DNA of 25,540 bases, from contig JAYODI010000002.1 in the NCBI GenBank assembly GCA_038279365.1, positions 1 to 25,540 of the forward strand, read 5' to 3'. Of the stretch, positions 9,842-17,487 are shown piece after piece; within the stretch, counting starts at the first letter, position 1, and each line of letters opens with the position of its first letter. The stretch is from Candidatus Latescibacterota bacterium (lineage in GTDB: Bacteria; Latescibacterota; UBA2968). The notes under the pieces are model-generated. The model searched no databases, was not told where the DNA came from, and worked only from the letters and a program-made list of their open reading frames with translations. A program made the translations under genes and the position numbers.

Positions 9842-11488
9842 ATGAAAATCACTACTGTTCGCGTCATTTCTCAAACATTCTTTTTTGGTTTATTTCTCTT
9901 TTTTGCATTTGTTACACAATTTGGTTACCTCAAAGGATATCCGGTATCCCTCTTCCTCGAAGCGGATCCGTTGGTTGCCATTGCAACAGCCATCACCACC
10001 CACACCCTTTACAAAAGCTTATTGTGGGCTCTGGTTTTGATCATACCCACGTTGCTTTTGGGGCGTTTTTTTTGCAATTGGATTTGCCCTTATGGTACAT
10101 TGCATCAGTTTATCGGTTGGATATTTAACAACAAAACCATCAAAGAAAAAATTGAAAGCAACCGCTACCGAAAAAGTTATGCAACCAAATATTTGATTCT
10201 CATTGGTTTTGGTGGTGCCGCCATTTTTGGCAGTCTGCAAATCGGTCTCTTAGATCCCATTTGTTTGCTGTTTCGCTCCTTTACTGTTGCGATTTTACCC
10301 ACTGTTGATATGCCCACAGAATGGGTTTATGTGCGTCCACACACACACCAATTGGGTTGGGTTGTGGGTTTTATTCTCCTCTTTTTTGTTTCCATGAACC
10401 TGGTCATCCCCCGATTCTTTTGTCGTTATGTTTGTCCGCTGGGGGCAACCTTAGGGTTTATGTCTCGTTTTGCCATTTGGCGAATCGAACGCGATGTTCA
10501 AAAATGTGTCGATTGTGACCTGTGCCTCCAAAGTTGTGAAGGCGCTTCAGACCCCCACACCAATTTGCGTAAATCAGAATGTTTTGTTTGTTTCAACTGC
10601 ATCGACGACTGCCCACACGATGCCCTAAGTTTCTCTATCTTTCCCCCAAAACCACACGAAGTCACCAACCCCGATGTAAAACGCCGACACGCGATTTTTG
10701 CCGGCTTGGCGGGTTTGCTCTTTTTCTCCTTTTCACGACGCAGTGGCGACTTAGATAAAAATTTCCAAAAAGAAGTTATCCGCCCCCCTGGCTCCGTGGC
10801 CGAACCTGAGTTTCTCGAACGTTGTATCAAATGCGACCAATGTATTCGTGTATGCCCAACCAACGTTTTGCAACCTGCTTTATTTGAATCTGGCGCAGAA
10901 GGCATTTGGACACCTATTATGAACATGCGTATGGGGTATTGTGAACTTAACTGTACTCTGTGCGGTGAGGTCTGTCCTACAGGTGCCATTCAAAAAATAT
11001 CCATCGCACAAAAACTGGGCATTGGCGAATTTGCCGACTTGGGTGCGGTAAAAACAGGCACAGCCTTTTACGACCGAGGCCGTTGCCTACCTTGGGCCAT
11101 GGACACACCTTGTGTGGTCTGCGAAGAAGTTTGTCCAACCTCTCCCAAAGCCATTTACTCGCGCCATGCCACCATTACAAACCGATGGGGTGAACAAGTC
11201 GAACTCACCCGCCCTTATGTTGACCCAGAATTGTGCATAGGTTGTGGCATTTGTGAACACGAATGCCCAGTTAAAGACCACCGTGCCATTCGTGTTACCG
11301 CAGTAGGTGAAACCCGTTCTCAAGACCGTTCCCTATTGCTAAGCCAAAAAGAGTCACATGGCTGTGGCAGCGGATCTTGTGGGTGTTCCTCCGCCAAACA
11401 AGCCACCACCGACCTGCTCCAAATAGATCAAGCAGGCACAGATGAAAACTTCAACCTCCTCGACTTGCTTCAGAAAAAAACGGTCTAA
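9842..11488 (+). CDS. Membrane polyferredoxin, NapH/MauN-like domain fused to NapG/MauM-like domain
   Basis: TM helices with two CxxxCP motifs ([23 protein letters not shown]) and two ferredoxin motifs. Then KRR plus a TM helix, IRPPGS and four more Cys clusters ([50 protein letters not shown]). Confidence 0.9.
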   Translation: MKITTVRVISQTFFFGLFLFFAFVTQFGYLKGYPVSLFLEADPLVAIATAITTHTLYKSLLWALVLIIPTLLLGRFFCNWICPYGTLHQFIGWIFNNKTIKEKIESNRYRKSYATKYLILIGFGGAAIFGSLQIGLLDPICLLFRSFTVAILPTVDMPTEWVYVRPHTHQLGWVVGFILLFFVSMNLVIPRFFCRYVCPLGATLGFMSRFAIWRIERDVQKCVDCDLCLQSCEGASDPHTNLRKSECFVCFNCIDDCPHDALSFSIFPPKPHEVTNPDVKRRHAIFAGLAGLLFFSFSRRSGDLDKNFQKEVIRPPGSVAEPEFLERCIKCDQCIRVCPTNVLQPALFESGAEGIWTPIMNMRMGYCELNCTLCGEVCPTGAIQKISIAQKLGIGEFADLGAVKTGTAFYDRGRCLPWAMDTPCVVCEEVCPTSPKAIYSRHATITNRWGEQVELTRPYVDPELCIGCGICEHECPVKDHRAIRVTAVGETRSQDRSLLLSQKESHGCGSGSCGCSSAKQATTDLLQIDQAGTDENFNLLDLLQKKTV

Positions 11489-11510
11489 CCTCTCATCTAA
11501 GGAGCCCATC

Positions 11511-12677
11511 ATGCCAGACCAAAACAAACTTTCCAGACGCGATTTCATTGCTCAAACAGCTGCATTAGGTGCCGGTGCTCTTCTTACCATTGGGGCACCT
11601 GGTATGGGTTATGCCGCACGCACCGTTCCCACAGTGAAACTTGGTAAGACGGGTCAAATTATTCCAAAACTTTCATTTGGCACGGCCTTCAACCTCACGC
11701 CACAATTGGTGCGCATAGCCCTTAATGAGGGATTGAACTATCTTGATACAGCAGAAGGCTACAACAATGGCAACAGTGAGCGCAGCATTGGTGACATGTT
11801 GTCCAAACTCACCAATCGCAAAGATTGTTTTATTGTTTCAAAAACGGGCAGACATGATCCCTCTGGCCTACCCGATAAATTACAAGGCAGTCTGGAGCGT
11901 TTACAAACAGATTATGTCGATTCTTATTATTTGCACAACTTGGGCAACCCCGATCTGCTCAACGCAGACATGAAATCGGCTGCTGAAAAACTCAAAAAAG
12001 AAGGTAAGATTCGCTTTTTTGGTTTTTCCTCTCATCATCGCAACATGATCCAAACCCTTGAAAAAGCAGCAGAAGTGGGTTTTGTAGATATGGTTATGTT
12101 CAAATACAATTTCTGGGATTATGACAATGATGCCCTTAACAAAGCCATAGACAAATGCGCAAAAGCCAACATTGGTTTAATTGCCATGAAAACACAAGGT
12201 GGTGCCGCAACCGTTCCTGACAAGGTCGATCAATTTAAGGCCAAAGGATTTAATCCTTTTCAGGCCGCGCTCAAAGCCGTTTGGGCCGATGATCGCATCC
12301 ACGCCATCTGCTCCGAAATGACCAATATCAAACAAGTGCGAGAGAACACCACTGCCGCCCGAGAAAAAGATATGGGCAGTATTGAACGACAACACTTAGA
12401 AGAATATGCCAACGCCAATTCACATCTCTATTGCCGTGGTTGTGGACATATTTGCGAAAACAATGTCAATGGCTCAGTCAACATCGCCGACACACTGCGC
12501 TTTCGTCTCTATCACAATGGTTATGGCAAACCAGAAGACGCACGGCGTCTCTTTGCTGAATTGCCCGCCCATACACGCAACATTGCCCATGTTGATTTTT
12601 CGGCAGCAGAAAAGGCCTGCCCACACAACTTACCCATTGGCAAAATGATGCGCGAAGCCGTTCAAATACTCACTTAA
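11511..12677 (+). CDS. Aldo/keto reductase with twin-arginine signal and C-terminal Fe-S motif
   Basis: ATG at 11511 after AAGGAG. LSRRDFIAQ followed by an h-region and an AxA-like site (GYA). AKR tetrad in LDTAEGY, VSK and YLH, plus SLERLQTDYVD. C-terminal CRGCGHIC...KACP. Confidence 0.9.
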   Translation: MPDQNKLSRRDFIAQTAALGAGALLTIGAPGMGYAARTVPTVKLGKTGQIIPKLSFGTAFNLTPQLVRIALNEGLNYLDTAEGYNNGNSERSIGDMLSKLTNRKDCFIVSKTGRHDPSGLPDKLQGSLERLQTDYVDSYYLHNLGNPDLLNADMKSAAEKLKKEGKIRFFGFSSHHRNMIQTLEKAAEVGFVDMVMFKYNFWDYDNDALNKAIDKCAKANIGLIAMKTQGGAATVPDKVDQFKAKGFNPFQAALKAVWADDRIHAICSEMTNIKQVRENTTAAREKDMGSIERQHLEEYANANSHLYCRGCGHICENNVNGSVNIADTLRFRLYHNGYGKPEDARRLFAELPAHTRNIAHVDFSAAEKACPHNLPIGKMMREAVQILT

Positions 12678-12694
12678 GCAAACGGGTTAAACAT

Positions 12695-12730
12695 AAAAAA
12701 GGCCGTTCCCTGTTGGGAATGGCCTTTTTT
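12695..12730. terminator. Bidirectional intrinsic terminator
   Basis: AAAAAA-GGCCGTTCCC-TGTT-GGGAATGGCC-TTTTTT between convergent genes. Confidence 0.9.
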
Positions 12731-12744
12731 AATGAAAGGAATCC

Positions 12745-12951
12745 TTATGCATCCTTTTGAGTTAAGCGTTCCACATCTTTCGTCAACCGATCTATCTTTC
12801 GGCGCATTAACTCAAACACACGCTGTATGTCTTCTGGCATATCCACACATCGTTCACAGTGAAAACGTGTGACCAAGCTTTTATGGCCAGGATATTCGTA
12901 AATGCCTCCACAAACCCGACACGTCCTTTTTTGAGTTTCACGTTCCGCCAT
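12745..12951 (-). CDS. Small protein (68 aa) with two CxxC motifs and a C-terminal coiled coil
   Basis: ATG at 12951 after GGAGGTG. MAERETQKRTCRVC...HCERC...RRKIDRLTKDVERL. Overlaps the end of the upstream gene. Confidence 0.75.
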   Translation of the reverse strand: MAERETQKRTCRVCGGIYEYPGHKSLVTRFHCERCVDMPEDIQRVFELMRRKIDRLTKDVERLTQKDA

Positions 12952-13411
12952 CCCACACCTCCATAAATGGAATTTCGGGCAAATCCAATCGATTGCGTAA
13001 CACATTGTCTCCCACAATCAACTGATGTACAACACCCTCTTCAAACAATTCGACCTTACCACTTGCAAACAATACATGTCGCCCATAAACCAACTTTGGA
13101 AATGCCATCATGGCATGCCGAGGCGTTTCATCATAGACCAAGATCAATCGCCCATCACAATCTAATTGTGGCACATATCGATACACATAACCTTTATCAT
13201 TCTCTGGTAAAACAGCCGTTATGACCTCTAATTTTTCAGGTAAAAAGCCCTGATGAGAAAAAGCATAACGTCCAAACTCTTGCCCCAAATCCAACATCTC
13301 ATCACGGCTTTTCATCCATGTCGATTCAGAGCGTGACAACAAAACCCTTAACTGAATATAGCGAACCAACAAGCCCACCAACACCACCACAAATACGAGA
13401 ATGGGAATCAC
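12938..13411 (-). CDS. Hypothetical N-terminally anchored protein, possibly pilin-like (H-X9-DG-CTERM-like)
   Basis: N-terminal TM, then LG....YA..H.G.LP..L and LVYD..P.H...GRHVLFASGKVE. Confidence 0.6.
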   Translation of the reverse strand: MIPILVFVVVLVGLLVRYIQLRVLLSRSESTWMKSRDEMLDLGQEFGRYAFSHQGFLPEKLEVITAVLPENDKGYVYRYVPQLDCDGRLILVYDETPRHAMMAFPKLVYGRHVLFASGKVELFEEGVVHQLIVGDNVLRNRLDLPEIPFMEVWDGGT

Positions 13412-13433
13412 AATATTACCCCATCAAAATCAC

Positions 13434-14855
13434 TTAAGATTGTGGTCGTTGTTCCAATTTAACAACCACTTCAACATGCGGCGTTTGAGGAAACATATCT
13501 ACAGGTTGTACAACCCGAATCCGATATCCCCCGCGATTAAAATGCACCAAATCTCTGGCCAAAGTTTCAGCATTGCAAGAAATGTAAACTATTTTTTGTG
13601 GGCGCACCGAACAGATTTCTTGAATAACCTCCGGCACCACACCTGCTCGAGGTGGGTTAACGGTTACCACTTGAGGGCGTTTGCCATTTTTTACACAAGA
13701 TGGCAAAACCTCGGCCACATCCCCACAAACAAAATCACAGTTTTCAATTTTATTTACAGCAGCATTCCGCTTCGCATCTTGTACTGCGGCATCAATCACC
13801 TCAATGCCCAAAACACTGCCCGAACGCTGAGCCAACAACAACGACAAACTGCCCGTTCCACAATATAGATCTATTACTTGATCCTGTTCTGTCAATTCTG
13901 CAAAATCCAAAGCAATTTCATATAGCTTTTCGGCCTGTTTGGTGTTCACTTGCATAAATGTTGTGGGGGATACCCGCAAGGTCAAACCCAAAACCTGTTC
14001 CACAATCCAATCTTGTCCAGCCAAAATTGTCTGTTCTTGTGGCACGGCATTTTTAGACCGTTTGTTGTTCACACTCAACACCACCCCCTTGACGACCTCT
14101 TCATCTTGAATCAAGGCATTTGCAACAGGCGTCAATTCTTGCGCGCAATCTTTCGTTGCCACAAAATGAACCAACACATCGCCCAAAGCGGCACTTTGAC
14201 GAATCACCAATGACCGCAAAATCCCTCTTCGACTGCCCGGATGGTAATAAGACAAACCCGATTCTGCGAGTAAGGCGCGCACCTTACTCAAAATGCGATC
14301 TGCCCAAACAGATTGCAATGCACACGACTGAACCGCAAAAACCGGTGGCACTTGGCCGCGTTCCTGGCGTTTTCTACCCGCTGAGATTTTCATTTCGGAT
14401 TCAAAAAACCCCAAGGCCGGTGTTTTTCCAAATCCAAAAGTAAAATCATTTTTATTGCGATATTCAAATGGGGCATCACATCCCATCACAGGCAAAACAC
14501 ACCCGGTATCCAAACGTTCATTGGCAAAACAAGACTTAACGATCTCTTGTTTCATCACCAACTGGGCCTCATAAGGCACGTGTTGCCACAAACACCCGCC
14601 ACAAATATCGAAATGTTCACAGCTTGCAGGTATCGTCTCAATCAGACGATGGTTTACTTTCTCAATAGCGGCTTCAACACGCCCACGCTCCTGCTTAAAA
14701 TGCCCCAGTTGCAACACATCGCCCAACAACCCACCCCACACATGCACCCGATCTCTGCCTTTGCCTGACACAGCCCATCCATGTGGTGCCATACCCACAA
14801 TGTGGGCCTCTTTTGGAGGAGATATTTTTTTATTGTGTTTTTGTCTTTTTTTCAT
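13434..14855 (-). CDS. rlmD: 23S rRNA (uracil-C5)-methyltransferase, RlmD/RumA family
   Basis: Fe-S motif CEHFDICGGC, YRNK, F.QVN, DLYCGTG, NPPRAG, YISCN..TLARD and DMFPQTPHVE. Start uncertain (14855-14891). Confidence 0.9.
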   Translation of the reverse strand: MKKRQKHNKKISPPKEAHIVGMAPHGWAVSGKGRDRVHVWGGLLGDVLQLGHFKQERGRVEAAIEKVNHRLIETIPASCEHFDICGGCLWQHVPYEAQLVMKQEIVKSCFANERLDTGCVLPVMGCDAPFEYRNKNDFTFGFGKTPALGFFESEMKISAGRKRQERGQVPPVFAVQSCALQSVWADRILSKVRALLAESGLSYYHPGSRRGILRSLVIRQSAALGDVLVHFVATKDCAQELTPVANALIQDEEVVKGVVLSVNNKRSKNAVPQEQTILAGQDWIVEQVLGLTLRVSPTTFMQVNTKQAEKLYEIALDFAELTEQDQVIDLYCGTGSLSLLLAQRSGSVLGIEVIDAAVQDAKRNAAVNKIENCDFVCGDVAEVLPSCVKNGKRPQVVTVNPPRAGVVPEVIQEICSVRPQKIVYISCNAETLARDLVHFNRGGYRIRVVQPVDMFPQTPHVEVVVKLEQRPQS

Positions 14856-14985
14856 ATGTCTTAAAGTAAACATTGCCTTACTTGTCGTCAATGCTTCAAC
14901 GCCAATTTGTAAGACTTGTGAAAGTATTGCGCATTGCGTATTTTATTTACCGAAAACCAAAACATTAAGGTATAAGGAGCGTTCT

Positions 14986-15483
14986 ATGAAGCATCACATT
15001 ATGCTCGTGGATGATGAGCGTGATGTGCTTCTCGTCCTTGAAGACTTGTTTACAAGCCGTGGATATCGCGTTACCACAGCGTCTGATGGCACAGAAGCAC
15101 TTGAAATGTTAAAAACCCAATCCCCCGATCTGATCTTGTCGGACTATCGCATGAACATTATGGACGGCATCACCTTTTTTAAGGAAACACGCGATATTTG
15201 CCCAGACGCCATTCGCATACTTCTCACAGCTCATGGCGATATGAAACTGGCCATGGATGCCATCAACGAAGCCAGAGTTTACAAATTTATCACCAAACCG
15301 TGGAACAACAACGACTTGGCCATCAATGTTCAACGTGCCTTAGAACACTATGACCTCATCATTCAACAACGGGCCTTTGCCGAAACCCTCGAACTCATGG
15401 TCGATGAAAACACCGAAGAAATAGAGCGCCTTCGTTTGGCATTGCGCGAAATGGCTTCTCGTATTCGTAGCCTCTTACCTTAA
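14986..15483 (+). CDS. Response regulator (receiver plus short coiled coil, no output domain)
   Basis: ATG at 14986 after AAGGAG. MLVDDE, DLILSDYRM..MDG, ILLTAH and FITKPW, followed by a helical C-terminus. Confidence 0.9.
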   Translation: MKHHIMLVDDERDVLLVLEDLFTSRGYRVTTASDGTEALEMLKTQSPDLILSDYRMNIMDGITFFKETRDICPDAIRILLTAHGDMKLAMDAINEARVYKFITKPWNNNDLAINVQRALEHYDLIIQQRAFAETLELMVDENTEEIERLRLALREMASRIRSLLP

Positions 15484-15507
15484 AGAAAAACACATAACCG
15501 CCGATAG
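15481..15507 (+). promoter_or_regulatory. Sigma-28 (FliA)-type promoter
   Basis: TAAA (15481-84), N15, GCCGATAG (15500-07), against the consensus TAAA-N15-GCCGATAA. Confidence 0.7.
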
Positions 15508-15572
15508 TACAAACAGATACGATGAATGATTCGCCAGACCTGCTTACCTTCCCCCAAAGGTGGTGATGCGTT

Positions 15573-15728
15573 ATGCTGGCTCCAATAAAGGTGATTGACC
15601 CGCGCGTGATGGCCGAGCAATATCCAGAAAGAGAGCACCCACACCGTAAATTTGCCCCACGTAAATCAACACCCAAGAAACGCGAAACAAAACATCAAGA
15701 CGGCGATCACATCGATCTAACAGCATAA
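15573..15728 (+). CDS. Small protein (51 aa), not in the ORF track
   Basis: MLAPIKVIDPRVMAEQYPEREHPHRKFAPRKSTPKKRETKHQDGDHIDLTA*. AAGGTGG RBS, upstream sigma-28 promoter and an immediate terminator. Confidence 0.7.
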   Translation: MLAPIKVIDPRVMAEQYPEREHPHRKFAPRKSTPKKRETKHQDGDHIDLTA

Positions 15729-15764
15729 AAATAAGCCAACTCAGTTGAGTTGGCTTATTTTTTT
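15727..15764. terminator. Bidirectional intrinsic terminator
   Basis: AAAAATAAGCCAACTCA-GT-TGAGTTGGCTTATTTTT perfect inverted repeat between convergent stops. Confidence 0.85.
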
Positions 15765-16882
15765 ATTAAAAGATCATCATATATTTTTTCTAATTTTTCA
15801 GATTGTATCTTCAAATTGTGTTCAGCCTCCACATGAACACGCCCAGAGTTGGCCATTTGTTCCCACAATGTTTGATCTCCCAACAACGCGTCTAAACCCG
15901 TTGCCAACCCCGCCACATCGCGCTCGGGAAACAACAGCCCACACCGTTCATTTGGAGCCACTTCGGGAATATCGGCATGCAAAGAAGAGACGATGGGCGT
16001 ACCTGAGGCCTGTGCCTCAATTAAAGCCACGGGTGCACCTCCTTCTGTATCTCCATCTGTTGCCGTTACACTGGGATAAAGCAAAGCAGTTGCCCGACGC
16101 AATTCTTCCAAAGCTGCTTTGTGTGACAAAAAACCCAACATCTCAACACGGTCTTGTAAACCCAATGCCCTTATTTCGGCCTCTAAATCACTGCGCAAGG
16201 GACCATCTCCAATCATGCGCATTTGTGCCAAAGGATAGGTTTGGGCGATTTTGGAAAAAGCACGAATGGCATAAATCAAACCTTTTTTTTCTCGAAAAAC
16301 AGCATATGTCAATACCACGGGGCGTTCAAAATCTCGTTCTGAGAGAGCAGCAAATGGAATGTCATCCAAATCGGCACCCAAATGTTGCACCCTTATCCGT
16401 TCGGGCAAACAACCAATACGGACCAACTGTTGGGCCATATAAGCCCCCTCGGCCAAAAATATATCGCCTTCTGCAAACAAGCGTTTAAACCGTTTTTGCC
16501 ACATCTTTTGACGAGGCAATTGTGACACATCCATGCCATAAAATGTGGTTACCATAGGCACTTGGGCGTCCCGTTTGGCAGCCAAACACCGAAATCCTTC
16601 TTGCCCAAAATGAGCGTGAATCAACTTGCCATCCACCTCTTTAATCCACTTCCCATAACCTGCATATGTGCCTCTCGCTTTGCGCACCAAGCGGTAAAAG
16701 AATCGCTTAACAGAAGGCAAATCTTCAGCAGAAAAGACCCGTTCTACAGGAAACTGATCCAGATTCTGTTTCAACTGCGTCAAAACCACAGGACGGTAGC
16801 GCTTAAGTGTTCGAATCTGATCATACATCCACACAGTGGTCGCAGGTAAAAACGGATTGGCACAATGCACGACAGTAGACAC
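15755..16882 (-). CDS. Glycosyltransferase family 4 (WcaL-like)
   Basis: LIHAHFG, TTFYG.D, EKKG, IGDGPL and PSVTA.DGDTEGG.PV.LIEA.A.G.P. Probable GTG start at 16882, because the longer ORF start lies within a terminator hairpin. Confidence 0.88.
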   Translation of the reverse strand: MSTVVHCANPFLPATTVWMYDQIRTLKRYRPVVLTQLKQNLDQFPVERVFSAEDLPSVKRFFYRLVRKARGTYAGYGKWIKEVDGKLIHAHFGQEGFRCLAAKRDAQVPMVTTFYGMDVSQLPRQKMWQKRFKRLFAEGDIFLAEGAYMAQQLVRIGCLPERIRVQHLGADLDDIPFAALSERDFERPVVLTYAVFREKKGLIYAIRAFSKIAQTYPLAQMRMIGDGPLRSDLEAEIRALGLQDRVEMLGFLSHKAALEELRRATALLYPSVTATDGDTEGGAPVALIEAQASGTPIVSSLHADIPEVAPNERCGLLFPERDVAGLATGLDALLGDQTLWEQMANSGRVHVEAEHNLKIQSEKLEKIYDDLLIKK

Positions 16883-16896
16883 ACAAAACCCTTCAC

Positions 16897-16928
16897 AAAA
16901 AAGCCCGCTGACAAGCATATCAGCGGGC
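16897..16928 (-). terminator. Intrinsic terminator after the 127-aa gene
   Basis: - strand GCCCGCTGA-N8-TCAGCGGGC-TTTTTT. Confidence 0.8.
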
Positions 16929-16965
16929 AAATATTTCTTAAGCCAAACTACAAATCATGCGCAGC

Positions 16966-17349
16966 TTATCCAACCACATCAACAAGATTCCCCTGCCTTT
17001 CGGCTGGTTCTTGAACGGTTTCTCGTTCAACTTGTTGACGTGTTTCCCGAACGCGTTCTGCCTGTTGGGCCGTTGCCCTGTTCACACCCTGTGTGCCTTG
17101 ATCACCTGCCTCAGGGCGCGCGCTTGGTGCTTCTGCTGCGGCACCACGGGTATTGGCATTGGCATCACCCACACGGGGTTGATTTTGTTCGGCTTGTAAA
17201 CGCGCTTGTGCAGAAATCTCAACCCGGTCTCTTTGTATGGTTTGCGTTTCCTGCTGCGCATTTTCCGAAGCGCGGTTGGCCCGCCGCGCTTCGTTTTGTC
17301 CAAATGTTGGGCGACTCACATTTGTATTCGCATCAACACGATTCGGCAT
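16966..17349 (-). CDS. Low-complexity Q/A/R/E-rich protein (127 aa), possibly flagellar-associated
   Basis: ATG at 17349 after AGGAGGT. Internal DRVEISAQA and C-terminal QGNLVDVVG*. Confidence 0.75.
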   Translation of the reverse strand: MPNRVDANTNVSRPTFGQNEARRANRASENAQQETQTIQRDRVEISAQARLQAEQNQPRVGDANANTRGAAAEAPSARPEAGDQGTQGVNRATAQQAERVRETRQQVERETVQEPAERQGNLVDVVG

Positions 17350-17402
17350 CTCGACCTCCTTTTGGTCGACGTTCCACTTCGTCACATGCCAGCATGTAAA
17401 AC

Positions 17403-17431
17403 TTGACACATAACCGTTGTATCCTTAATAT
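17403..17431 (+). promoter_or_regulatory. Sigma-70 promoter for the sugar kinase gene
   Basis: TTGACA-N17-TAATAT. Confidence 0.7.
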
Positions 17432-17487
17432 CGCAAATCATTTACGAAAACACAACCCATAAAATTGATTTCATTAAAGAGGTTTCT

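Noticed and set aside
13640..13665. NPPR instead of DPPR in RlmD
   Set aside because: NPPR occurs in functional members of this methyltransferase family, and the catalytic Cys is intact.
14761..14985. 75-aa N-terminal extension on the response regulator in the ORF track
   Set aside because: It overlaps the divergent rlmD start and promoter region, and the ATG at 14986 has an AAGGAG RBS.
15745..16488. 247-aa + strand ORF and the other antisense or alternate-frame ORFs in the track
   Set aside because: They are shadow frames of well-supported genes with no recognisable motifs.
17370..17460. Sigma-28 promoter for the 127-aa gene
   Set aside because: Only partial matches (TGCGATAT and TCAAG) with wrong spacing were found.
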